64,000 bases of DNA. Origin: an uncultured Vicinamibacteraceae bacterium (GTDB taxonomy: Bacteria > Acidobacteriota > Vicinamibacteria > Vicinamibacterales > UBA8438). The notes under the pieces are model-generated. The model was given only the letters and a program-made list of their open reading frames with translations, was not told the DNA's origin and searched no databases. Every line of letters starts with the position of its first letter. Positions within the stretch are counted from its first letter, which is position 1. The stretch lies in contig CAZWUJ010000004.1 in assembly GCA_964636705.1 (NCBI GenBank), positions 44,855 to 108,854 of the forward strand, written 5' to 3'. Both the position numbers and the translations under genes were made by a program. This document shows positions 1 through 12,142 of the stretch, piece by piece.

Positions 1-1136
1 TGGACCCGACTCGAGAGAAAGATGACTACCGTCTCGGTGTCCGGATCGATCCATATGGACGTGCCGGTGAATCCGGTGTGCCCGTAGGAACGCTCCGGCG
101 GGAAAAGGTCGCCGCGAGCGGACGAGAAGGGTGAATCGATGTCCCATCCGAGGCCGCGGCGGACGGGCAGTGCCGGGGGAGTCGACGATCTCGTCATCCG
201 CTCGATGGTGAGCGGTGACAGCACCGCGCGGTCACCGTCCGGCGCCAGTCCGCGTGAGAGCAGCATGCCGCCGAAGCGGGCGAGATCGTCCGCTGTGGAA
301 AAGAGTCCTGCATGGCCCGCGACGCCGCCCATCCGGCGGGCCGTCGGATCGTGCACCGTGCCACGGAGCATGACCGCACCAGGCGCTCCGCACGGCCACC
401 CAAGCGGCGTGCATGCCTCGGTTGGCGCGATCCGCGCTGCAGTCTCCGACGGCGGGCGGAAGGTGGTCTCGTGCATTCCCATCGGTTCGAACAGGCGCTC
501 GCGGGCGAATACGTCGAGCGGTCGGCCGCTCAGCCGCTCCACGATGGCCCCCAGGAGGATGAAGTTCAGATCGCTGTAGATGAAGCTCTCTCCGGGGGGC
601 GCTTCGAGGCGCTCGTCGAGGATCCGCCGCATTGCTTCGTCCTGTCCCTCGAACTCCTCTTCGAGCGGGAGGTCGGGCCTCAGTCCGGAGACATGGGTCA
701 GCAACTGCTCGACGGTAATGGCCTCCTTTCCGTGGCTTTCGAAGCCCGGCAGATGGAATGCCACGCGGTCGCGCAGGCGTAGCGCACCATCTTCGACAAG
801 CGCCATGACGCTCGGGGTGGTCGCCACCACCTTGGTGAGCGATGCGAGGTCGAACAGCGTATCGGCGGTCATCGGTTCGCGCGCCGGGCGGACCGACCGC
901 TGGCCGAACGCTTCGCGGTAGATGGTCCGGCCGCGGTGATTCACGAGGACGACGGCGCCGGGAAGGTCGCCTGCCTGAATGGCCTGTTGCACGATCTCGC
1001 CGATACGCTCCAGTCGAGCGGTGCCTGCCGGCGGCGTGCGCGGCGGCTGGGCTGCCGCCGCCGCCGAGAACAGGACGGAGGCGAGGAGTGCCGCCGCCGT
1101 TGCGGCGACCGCAAGCCTTTCGCGATTCGAAGGCAA
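1..1136 (-). CDS. Serine hydrolase of the beta-lactamase / transpeptidase-like fold (3' end leaves the window)
   Basis: Absent from the ORF track because it runs off the edge. Own reverse-strand translation from TTG(1136) gives a signal-like N-terminus (LAVAATAAALLASVLFSAAAAAQ) and the S-x-x-K nucleophile motif (FDLASLTKVV). It ends at the window edge with RSYGHTGFTGTSIWIDPDTETVVIFLSSRV. The 341-aa track ORF 232..1257(-) is a different, Arg-rich frame. Confidence 0.8.
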   Translation of the reverse strand, partial: MPSNRERLAVAATAAALLASVLFSAAAAAQPPRTPPAGTARLERIGEIVQQAIQAGDLPGAVVLVNHRGRTIYREAFGQRSVRPAREPMTADTLFDLASLTKVVATTPSVMALVEDGALRLRDRVAFHLPGFESHGKEAITVEQLLTHVSGLRPDLPLEEEFEGQDEAMRRILDERLEAPPGESFIYSDLNFILLGAIVERLSGRPLDVFARERLFEPMGMHETTFRPPSETAARIAPTEACTPLGWPCGAPGAVMLRGTVHDPTARRMGGVAGHAGLFSTADDLARFGGMLLSRGLAPDGDRAVLSPLTIERMTRSSTPPALPVRRGLGWDIDSPFSSARGDLFPPERSYGHTGFTGTSIWIDPDTETVVIFLSSRV

Positions 1137-1208
1137 TGCTACGGTTCCGTATCGTCGGTTGCGAGTGTATACTGCCTGATCCAGGGGTTTCAGTCGATTG
1201 ACAAGCGC

Positions 1209-1862
1209 ATGCCAAGAGTAATCGCTTTCGCTCCGGCGTTGTTGGTCGTTGCCTCATTCCTGCTGGTGCACGCCCCTTCCGCGGACGCGCAGCCCGGCTT
1301 CATCACGGGCACCGTGCGGGATATCGGCGGGGAACCGATTCCCGGCGCGGAGGTGGTGGGCGAGAACCCGCGCACGCAGCGGCGCATCGAGGGCAGCACG
1401 AACGACGCGGGCCGCTTCTCGTTCGTCGGACTGGAGTCCGGCCGCTGGTTGTTCATGGTCCGCCGGCGCGGATACGAACCGGTTCAGGGGCTTGCCAACG
1501 TGAATGCCAGCGGCAACGTCCGAGTCGGTTTCGTCATGGAGGTGGATCCGTTCCACCCGCCCGCGCCTACCACCGGCGTGCTGGCCAACCTGCGCGGGGA
1601 TGAACTTGAGTTGGCGCTCGATACTGCCGATGCCCACTTTGCGAGCGGCGACTACGATGCCGCAATCGAGGGGTACGAAAGTGTTCTTTCGATCGTGCCA
1701 AGTCTGACCGCCCTGCACCTGCAGATCGGCTACGCCTACGAGGCAAAGCAGGATTCCGACCGTGCGCTCGCCGCGTACCGCGCCATCCCGGCTGACGATC
1801 CGGTGAACTCACAGGCGCAGGAGGCGATCGACGCGCTGCTTTCGGGTGGAAGCGACCGCTGA
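1209..1862 (+). CDS. Secreted protein with carboxypeptidase-regulatory-like beta-sandwich and TPR-like C-terminus
   Basis: Track ORF 936..1862 trimmed to ATG 1209 (MPRVIAFAPALLVVASFLLVHAPSADAQ looks like a signal peptide). GTVRDIGGEPIPGAEVV...NDAGRFSFVGLESGRW is CarboxypepD_reg-like. GDYDAAIEGYESVL / IGYAYEAKQDSDRALAAY are TPR-like helices. Confidence 0.6.
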   Translation: MPRVIAFAPALLVVASFLLVHAPSADAQPGFITGTVRDIGGEPIPGAEVVGENPRTQRRIEGSTNDAGRFSFVGLESGRWLFMVRRRGYEPVQGLANVNASGNVRVGFVMEVDPFHPPAPTTGVLANLRGDELELALDTADAHFASGDYDAAIEGYESVLSIVPSLTALHLQIGYAYEAKQDSDRALAAYRAIPADDPVNSQAQEAIDALLSGGSDR

Positions 1863-1924
1863 CCATCGTCGGCCTCGAGTTCCGATCGCGGTCAATCCCG
1901 GCCGCGCCACTCCGCTCGCGCGCG

Positions 1925-1954
1925 TTGACCGTCAAACGTAGCGGTTGCTAGAAT
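1925..1954 (+). promoter_or_regulatory. Sigma-70-type promoter for tRNA-Glu
   Basis: TTGACC (1925-1930), 18-bp spacer, TAGAAT (1949-1954), about 22 nt upstream of the tRNA 5' end. Confidence 0.5.
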
Positions 1955-1976
1955 CGAAACCTGTCCGTCGGCCTGG

Positions 1977-2051
1977 GGCGGTATCGTCTAGGGGTTAGGA
2001 TACGTGGTTCTCAGCCACGGGACCGGGGTTCGAATCCCCGTACCGCTACCA
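1977..2051 (+). tRNA. tRNA-Glu (anticodon CUC)
   Basis: 75-nt cloverleaf folded by hand. Acceptor GGCGGTA/TACCGCT (G1:U72 wobble) and D-arm GTCT-AGGGGTT-AGGAT. Anticodon stem CGTGG/CCACG with loop TTCTCAG. T-arm CGGGG-TTCGAAT-CCCCG, discriminator A, encoded CCA. Confidence 0.9.
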
Positions 2052-2094
2052 TTCAGGCTCGGCCTGCCTCCCGCTGCTTGGCCGTCTTGGAGTG

Positions 2095-3405
2095 TCAGCG
2101 GAGTCCTCGGTACGTGTACTCGCGGTACCAGTCCGCCCAGCGCGCGCATCCCCGGTCGCCCGCCTCGTTGCAGATTTGCCGAGCGCGGACGTAGTGACCC
2201 CGCGCCGTCTGGTGATCGCCTGCGAGGTCATTGAGCTTGCCCAGTTCCAGGTGGGCACGGCCGCGTACCCAGGTGGCGGCGCCGTTGCGCGCAGCGAGGG
2301 CGAGATCCGGCCGCGCCCTGTCCACTTCGTCCAACCCGATGAGCGCGGTTCCGCGCTTCAGCCGCCAGATGGCTTCCTCGCCCATCATCCGGGGTCTCGG
2401 GTCGCTCTCGAGACGCCGGAAGCCGTGGGCCAGGATCAGCTCGGCGAGTGCCGGCCGCCCGTCGCGGAGCCAGGTGGATGCGGTTTCGATCCACAGCAGC
2501 CGGTTGCGGGGAAAGTTGCGCCGCAGATTGGTCAGGACCGCGTGCGCGCGGCGAAATTCTCGCTCACGGTTGTAGATCATCGCGAGCGCGAACTGCGCCT
2601 CGCCTCGCACCCGCGTGGACCGCCTGGCTGCGTCCGCCAGCAGACGGATCGCCTCTGGTTTGCCGCCGTCGAATCCGACAAGGTACGCCATCCATCGCAC
2701 TGGGCGTGGAATGACCGAGATGATGTACCGGTAGAGGCCGACGAGCATCTTGGCGTCGTGGTACGCGGGATCCAGCTCCAGCACCCGCTCGTGCGCAAGG
2801 TAGGCGCGGCGGGCTGATCGAAGCGCCCGGAAGGGCTGCCGCAGGATCGTGGCGTGATACGACGCGTCCAGCGCGACGGCGACACCCAGTTCGTAGTGGC
2901 CGTCCGGATCGAGCGCATCCCTCTCGACCAGCCCCTCCGCCAGCCGAATGGCATGGGCAACGTGCTGCTCGAAGGTCCGTGCGAGTTCTTCTCGCGGTGC
3001 GTCGAACTCGCCGGACGGACCGGACATCGAGCCCGCGAGGTAGCTGTCGAGCAACGAGGCGCCGCGTTCGAACAGGATCTGGAGCCACGCCGCCCCCGCC
3101 ACGGCGCGATACCCAGCAGGGTAGTTCGGGCGCGCGGCGACGGCCCGCTGAAACGTGGCATTTGCCGCGGCGAAGTCCAGGTTGTAGACCAACTCGAAGC
3201 CGGTCGCCAGCGTCGAATCGAACCCGTCCACACCGAGTTCCGCGCGCGGGCTGACTCCGACGCGCGGACCGACTTCGGGCAGGGAGGGTCCGGCCGGCCG
3301 TGCCGCCCCGCCCTGCGGGCCCGTTTGGGCCGGTGCGGACAGGGCTGCGAGCGTGATGGCCGCCGCGACGAGCCCACCGATCAATCGGGAACCACAGCGC
3401 CACAT
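2095..3405 (-). CDS. Secreted TPR-like repeat protein, function unknown
   Basis: Track ORF 2095..3480 trimmed to the ATG giving MWRCGSRLIGGLVAAAITLAALSAPAQ (signal peptide). The remainder is helical-repeat-like (AGDHQTARGHYVRARQI, GRAHLELGKLNDLAG). Confidence 0.6.
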   Translation of the reverse strand: MWRCGSRLIGGLVAAAITLAALSAPAQTGPQGGAARPAGPSLPEVGPRVGVSPRAELGVDGFDSTLATGFELVYNLDFAAANATFQRAVAARPNYPAGYRAVAGAAWLQILFERGASLLDSYLAGSMSGPSGEFDAPREELARTFEQHVAHAIRLAEGLVERDALDPDGHYELGVAVALDASYHATILRQPFRALRSARRAYLAHERVLELDPAYHDAKMLVGLYRYIISVIPRPVRWMAYLVGFDGGKPEAIRLLADAARRSTRVRGEAQFALAMIYNREREFRRAHAVLTNLRRNFPRNRLLWIETASTWLRDGRPALAELILAHGFRRLESDPRPRMMGEEAIWRLKRGTALIGLDEVDRARPDLALAARNGAATWVRGRAHLELGKLNDLAGDHQTARGHYVRARQICNEAGDRGCARWADWYREYTYRGLR

Positions 3406-3479
3406 GGACTGCTCATGATATTGCGACGCTTTCCTTTCCTGCACGCTCGCGTGGGGCAACAATCTGAGATAGAATCTCA

Positions 3480-6047
3480 TTGCTACTGAGATCCAGTCTG
3501 ATCCAGAAGGCTTCCGTTCACGTGCATCAGGGACTTCGTACGCTCGATCAGTTGCCGATCGGCGAGTCGGCCATCGTCGAACGTGTCGGTTGCGAGCAGC
3601 GGGTCGGGTACCGTCTCATGGAGATGGGGTTGCTGCCCGGGACGCGGATCGAAATGGTCCGCCGCGCACCCCTTGGCGACCCGCTCGAGATCCGGCTGCG
3701 CGGCTACCTGTTGAGCCTCCGGTCGGGCGACGCCGCCGGCGTACTGCTGTCGCCGGACGGTCAGTCGGAGCTCGACGAAGTTGCCGCCCGTCCCCCCTCG
3801 AATGGCGATGCCATCCGGTTCGCGGCGCACCCGCCGCGGGCTGCCACGCCGCATGCGCGTGTGCCGCAGGTCATGGTCGCCGGCAACGCCAACTCCGGCA
3901 AGACCACCATCTTCAATCAGCTGACCGGCGCCCGGGCCAAGGTGGGCAACTACCCCGGCGTGACGGTGACGCGAGCGTCACGCGAGGTCGACCTGCGGGA
4001 CGGCACGCGCGTCGAGCTGGTCGACCTTCCGGGCACCTACAGTCTGAGCACGTATTCGCCCGACGAGCAGGTAGCCGTGGACGCCGTGCTCGGTCGCCGC
4101 GGCAACAAGCCGGATGCAGTGGTTGTAGTCGTCGACGCCGTCGCTCTGGAGCGTGGTCTCTACCTCGTCATGCAGATCATCGAGACCGGCGTGCCGGTCG
4201 TCGTGGCCCTCAACATGGTCGACGAGGCGGTGGCGGCCGGCCTGGAGGTGGACGCGCCGAAACTGAGTGAATGGCTCGGCGCCCCTGTCGTTCCGATGGT
4301 TGCCACCACCAGACAAGGCATCGACGCCCTGCGCGCCGAGATTGCCGGCGCGGTCGGTCTGGCCGAGCGCGAAGAGGTGGCCTGGTCCGACTTCCCGCCC
4401 GCGGTGGAGAGCGCCGTCACCGAGGTGGAACGGTCGCTGGACGGATCGGCGTTCGTCCGGACGCCCGCCGCGCGCCGCTCCTGGGCGGTGTGGTCGCTGT
4501 TGTCACATTCGACGGACGAGGACGACGTGGAAGGGCTGCCGAACCGCGTACGCCAGACCGTGGATGCGGTACGCCAGCGAGCCGCCGATGCGTGCCTGGA
4601 CCTTGGCCACGGGCTGATTGCCCCGCGCTATCACTGGGTCGAGGATGTCATCGCCGATGTGCGCCGCGTTACGCCGACGAAGGCGCCAGGGTTGGTCTGG
4701 ACCGAGCGGATCGACGCCGTTCTGACTCACCGGTTGTGGGGCCTGGGAGCATTCGCCATCGTGATGGGGTTGCTCTTCGAAGCGCTCTTCGCCTGGTCTG
4801 AACCGTTCATTGCCGCCATCGAGACGGCGACCGTCTGGCTGCAGAACGGCATAACCGGCTTCTTGCCGCCCGGCGCCCTGCAGGACCTGATGGTGAATGG
4901 CGTGATCGCCGGCGTCGGCAACGTCGTGGTGTTTGTCCCGCAGATCGCCATGATCGGACTGTTCATCGCCGTGCTCGAGGATGCGGGGTACCTCGCACGC
5001 GTTGCCTTCCTGATCGACCGGCTGATGGGTCGGGTCGGCCTGCATGGCAAGGCTTTCGTCCCGATGCTTTCTGGATTCGCCTGCGCCATCCCGGCGGTAA
5101 TGGCGACGCGGACCATCGAGAGCCGGCGCGACCGGCTGATCACCATGCTGACTCTGCCGATGATCTCCTGCAGCGCTCGCCTGCCGGTCTTCGCGCTGGT
5201 GACGGCGGTGGTCTTTTCCGGCAGCGCGCGCGTGTTCGGTGTGTTCAGTGCCGGCGCGGTCGTGTTGTTCTCGATGTATGCGCTTTCGGTGGCGGCTACG
5301 CTCGGGGCCGCAGCCGTACTGCGCCGGACGGTGCTGCACGGGCCGCGATTGCCGCTCGTGCTGGAGCTGCCTCCCTATCGGATGCCGGTGTTGGGCAACG
5401 TCGTTCTCGCGACCTGGCGCGGACTCCGGAAGTTCCTCATCGACGCCGGAACGATCATCCTGACGATCACGATCATCCTGTGGGCGCTCCTGTCGTACCC
5501 CCGCAGCCCGGAGATCGCACAGCGCTACGACGCGGAGCGCGCCGCCGTGGTGGCGTCCGTAGCAGATCCGGATGCTCGGGCCGGGCAGGTGGCGGCGCTC
5601 GATGACCTGGAGGCCGGCGAACAACTCCGCTACAGCGTGGCGGGGCGTGTGGGTCGGTTGATGGAGCCGGCCATCGAGCCGCTTGGTTTCGATTGGCGGA
5701 TAGGCGTCGGCATCCTGGGGGCATTCGCCGCGCGCGAGGTGTTCGTCTCCACGCTCGGGATCGTCTTCGGCATTGGCGAGGCAGACGAGGAGAGCGTGTC
5801 GCTCCGCACTTCGTTGCAGGAGGCACGGCATCCGGACGGAAGCGCGCTGATGACGCCGCTCGCCGGAGTCTCGCTGATGGTCTTCTTCGTCCTGGCGTGC
5901 CAGTGCATGAGCACGATCGGCGTCGTCCGGCGCGAATCGGGCTCCTGGGGCTGGCCGATCTTCATGTTCGCCTACATGTCGGTGCTTGCCTACGTAGCGT
6001 CGTTCGTCGTTTACCAGGTGGGTTCTCTGCTCGGATGGGGAGTCTGA
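3480..6047 (+). CDS. feoB: Ferrous iron transporter, FeoA domain fused to FeoB
   Basis: N-terminal FeoA-like SH3 segment (LDQLPIGESAIVERV...GLLPGTRIEMVRRAPLGDPLEIRLRGYLLSLR). A ~50-aa linker follows, then the FeoB G-domain (VMVAGNANSGKTTIFNQLTG, DLPGTYSL) and a polytopic membrane domain. The start is uncertain: TTG 3480 or GTG 3522. Confidence 0.9.
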   Translation: MLLRSSLIQKASVHVHQGLRTLDQLPIGESAIVERVGCEQRVGYRLMEMGLLPGTRIEMVRRAPLGDPLEIRLRGYLLSLRSGDAAGVLLSPDGQSELDEVAARPPSNGDAIRFAAHPPRAATPHARVPQVMVAGNANSGKTTIFNQLTGARAKVGNYPGVTVTRASREVDLRDGTRVELVDLPGTYSLSTYSPDEQVAVDAVLGRRGNKPDAVVVVVDAVALERGLYLVMQIIETGVPVVVALNMVDEAVAAGLEVDAPKLSEWLGAPVVPMVATTRQGIDALRAEIAGAVGLAEREEVAWSDFPPAVESAVTEVERSLDGSAFVRTPAARRSWAVWSLLSHSTDEDDVEGLPNRVRQTVDAVRQRAADACLDLGHGLIAPRYHWVEDVIADVRRVTPTKAPGLVWTERIDAVLTHRLWGLGAFAIVMGLLFEALFAWSEPFIAAIETATVWLQNGITGFLPPGALQDLMVNGVIAGVGNVVVFVPQIAMIGLFIAVLEDAGYLARVAFLIDRLMGRVGLHGKAFVPMLSGFACAIPAVMATRTIESRRDRLITMLTLPMISCSARLPVFALVTAVVFSGSARVFGVFSAGAVVLFSMYALSVAATLGAAAVLRRTVLHGPRLPLVLELPPYRMPVLGNVVLATWRGLRKFLIDAGTIILTITIILWALLSYPRSPEIAQRYDAERAAVVASVADPDARAGQVAALDDLEAGEQLRYSVAGRVGRLMEPAIEPLGFDWRIGVGILGAFAAREVFVSTLGIVFGIGEADEESVSLRTSLQEARHPDGSALMTPLAGVSLMVFFVLACQCMSTIGVVRRESGSWGWPIFMFAYMSVLAYVASFVVYQVGSLLGWGV

Positions 6048-6051
6048 CGGG

Positions 6052-6315
6052 ATGTCGCTGATGGAATGGTTGACTGGCGGACCGGCGGGCTGGCAGGAGT
6101 GGGCGGCAGCGTTGATAGTTGCCGTTGCGGTCGTGTCGCTCTACCGTCACTTTCGCGGAATGTTCGGCGCCATGAAGCCCGGTGGAGGCGTTGCCTGCCG
6201 CGGCTGCGCCGGTGAATGCGAGGATTCGGCGCCGGTGAACGAGAGCGTGTCGAAGGCCTCCGACGCGGCTGGCGCTACATCGGTGTCGACGACGCCGGTC
6301 GGGATGCCGCGCTGA
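6052..6315 (+). CDS. FeoB-associated Cys-rich small membrane protein
   Basis: Starts 5 nt after the feoB stop. One TM helix (WAAALIVAVAVVSLY) is followed by CRGCAGEC, the pattern of FeoB-associated Cys-rich proteins. The C-terminal tail overlaps the convergent HD gene by 41 nt. Confidence 0.6.
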   Translation: MSLMEWLTGGPAGWQEWAAALIVAVAVVSLYRHFRGMFGAMKPGGGVACRGCAGECEDSAPVNESVSKASDAAGATSVSTTPVGMPR

Positions 6316-6856
6316 CGAACGCATCGAGCCGGCGCTGGTGCTCTTCCAGGATCGGGTGCGACCAGCGTCCGGCAATCGATGCGTAGATGGTCCGCTGGTA
6401 CCACAGCATGCCTTTGAGACTGGCATTGAAGGCGTCGATGAACGCGGGACCCCGGACTTCGAGATCGGCAAGCATCCGCGTCAGGTTGTGGATCTTGTCG
6501 GCGGACGCGACGGCGAGCGATCCGAGCCGGGGCGTGGTCCGGATCTGCTCGATGTAGGTTTCCTTTCGTTTCTGCCAGGGTGTCGGCTTCGGCGGCTCCG
6601 AGACATCGCGGACCATCTGGAGCACGAGGTCCCCGAAACGCGATCGGATGACCTCCGGATCGAGTTCCGTGTCTTCCAGCGTGTCATGCAGCAGCGCGGC
6701 GACGACGGTGTCCTCGTCGAAGCCGTAGCTGGCGGTGATCAGCCCGACCGAGAGTACGTGCGCTGCCTCGAAACCGCGCTTCGCCTTCCGTCGGCCCAGT
6801 CCGTGGGCCTCGATGACGGTTTCGATCGCCAGCTCGATGCGGGGAGACCAGTTCAC
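6275..6856 (-). CDS. HD-domain protein, RelA/SpoT-type (p)ppGpp-hydrolase-like
   Basis: AHVLSVGLITASYGFDEDTVVAALLHDTLEDT matches the SpoT-type HD motif. The GTG start overlaps the upstream VWA stop (GTGA). Confidence 0.75.
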   Translation of the reverse strand: MNWSPRIELAIETVIEAHGLGRRKAKRGFEAAHVLSVGLITASYGFDEDTVVAALLHDTLEDTELDPEVIRSRFGDLVLQMVRDVSEPPKPTPWQKRKETYIEQIRTTPRLGSLAVASADKIHNLTRMLADLEVRGPAFIDAFNASLKGMLWYQRTIYASIAGRWSHPILEEHQRRLDAFVSAASRPASSTPM

Positions 6857-7767
6857 TGGGCGGCCGGGCCGCTGCTGGGAGCGAGGTAGCTGCGACGCGC
6901 GCGCGCGGTAAGGCCGCGTTGCGCGAGGCGGACTTCGATTTCGTGGAGTTGCCCGTCGGTCCGCGGCGTGAATCCCAGGACGTACTGGCTGTGCAGTTCC
7001 CGGGCGACGCGCGTGAAGGTCGGCCCGAGGTCGGCGGCCTCGGTGAGCTCGAAGTAGCCGCCGCCCGTCTCCTCCGCGAACCGGCGCAGGTTGCGGTCGG
7101 GCCGCGTCGTGACGTAGCGGATGCCGTTGAAGTAGTTGCTCTCGAAGCCGATCGAATAGATCATGACCTCGTCGGCCACCGCTCGCTCCAGCACATCCCC
7201 GGCGCCGACGTCGCTGTCAGTGTCGTCGCCGTCCGTGAAGAGGAGGATGACGCGCCGGCCGTCCACGCCCGTCAGGGCGTCCAGCGAGGCATAGGCGGCG
7301 TCGTACACCCTCGTGGCGTTGCCGAAGCCCAGGCCCGGCAGCACGGCAATCAGTGCGTCGCGGTCGCCGATGAACTGCGGCGGCGTGATCTCCAGCTTGT
7401 CGTTGAATGCGCCGATCCGCGCGCGGTCGGCCGGCAGCAGGCGCAACAGGAACTGCTCGGCGCCGGCCATCAACCGGTTGCGGTTCAGGTCCATGCTGGC
7501 GCTCGTGTCGAGCATGACCACGACCGTGATGGGCCGGACGCTGTTCTCGAACAGCACGATCTCGGTCGGTTCCTCGTCGTCCAGAATGGTGAAGTCATCG
7601 CGAGTCAGATTCGGTACCAGGCGTCCTTCGCGGTCGGTCACCGTGACGTAGAGGTCGACCAGACGGGTGCCGCTCCGGAACATCGGCTGCTGCTGCGCGG
7701 CCGTGGCGGCGACACCGGCCAGCACGAGGAGGGCGATCCACGGCCCGAGGCGGTGACGGCCGTTCAT
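6853..7767 (-). CDS. Secreted VWA (von Willebrand factor A) domain protein
   Basis: Signal peptide, then FRSGTRLVDLYVTVTDREGRLVPNLTRDDFTILDDEEP (resembles the acidobacterial VWFA-related N-domain). MIDAS-like VVVMLDTSASM follows. Confidence 0.75.
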   Translation of the reverse strand: MNGRHRLGPWIALLVLAGVAATAAQQQPMFRSGTRLVDLYVTVTDREGRLVPNLTRDDFTILDDEEPTEIVLFENSVRPITVVVMLDTSASMDLNRNRLMAGAEQFLLRLLPADRARIGAFNDKLEITPPQFIGDRDALIAVLPGLGFGNATRVYDAAYASLDALTGVDGRRVILLFTDGDDTDSDVGAGDVLERAVADEVMIYSIGFESNYFNGIRYVTTRPDRNLRRFAEETGGGYFELTEAADLGPTFTRVARELHSQYVLGFTPRTDGQLHEIEVRLAQRGLTARARRSYLAPSSGPAAQ

Positions 7768-7896
7768 GAAGAAAGCTTATCGCCGTAACCCCCGCAGGGC
7801 AACGGCGCCGGCCCGGCCGATTGTCAACTTGGGCCGGTCGGTAGTACGGTTAACGATTACGTGAAGCGGCTTGGTGGAGTGCCGGGCTCCGGGAGA

Positions 7897-8370
7897 ATGA
7901 AGATGATGGCAAGAAACACATTGGCTGGATGGAGGCGAGTGGCGGTCGCGGTTCTGGCGCTTACCTTGCTGGTGGCCGCGCCCGCGACGGCGGCAGTGGC
8001 GGACGGACTGGCGGTTCCGTACCTGCATGTTCAGATGGCCCTGGCCAACGATTCGATGGACGGCGTGCAGGAGGCCGCCGGGACGATGGCGGCCGAGGCG
8101 GAGAGCATGGGCGCTCCCGCACGGCTGATTGCCGCCACGGCGCGGGCGCTGGCCGCCGCCAGTGACATCACGACCGCCCGGGCCGCCTTCGGCCCTCTGA
8201 GCGATGCCCTGATTGCCTACGGCGAAGAGGTGGGCTTCGGCGAGCTGCGGATTGCGTACTGTCCCATGGTGGACAAGTCGTGGGTACAGGCGGGGTCCGA
8301 ACTTCGCAACCCCTTCTACGGGTCCGAGATGCTCACTTGCGGCTCCTTCGTGGAGGTGAGCCGCCGGTGA
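7897..8370 (+). CDS. Secreted DUF3347-like protein
   Basis: Signal peptide [32 protein letters not shown]. The C-terminal [29 protein letters not shown] resembles the DUF3347 signature. The track start GTG 7861 is an alternative. Confidence 0.6.
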   Translation: MKMMARNTLAGWRRVAVAVLALTLLVAAPATAAVADGLAVPYLHVQMALANDSMDGVQEAAGTMAAEAESMGAPARLIAATARALAAASDITTARAAFGPLSDALIAYGEEVGFGELRIAYCPMVDKSWVQAGSELRNPFYGSEMLTCGSFVEVSRR

Positions 8371-8380
8371 CGGCGCCGGT

Positions 8381-12136
<3,756 letters not shown>

Positions 12137-12142
12137 CCCACG

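Noticed and set aside
232-1257. 341-aa minus-strand track ORF at the left edge
   Set aside because: It is in the wrong frame. The real gene is the beta-lactamase-fold hydrolase in another minus-strand frame, which is missing from the track because it exits the window.
3455-3482. Fur box upstream of feoAB
   Set aside because: The AT-rich dyad gagat-aga-atctc resembles only fragments of the 19-bp Fur consensus. I could not align it convincingly by eye, so it is mentioned only as a dyad.
8371-8380. Cobalamin or SAM riboswitch upstream of metH
   Set aside because: Only about 10 nt separate the upstream DUF3347 ORF from the metH start, leaving no room for a structured leader.
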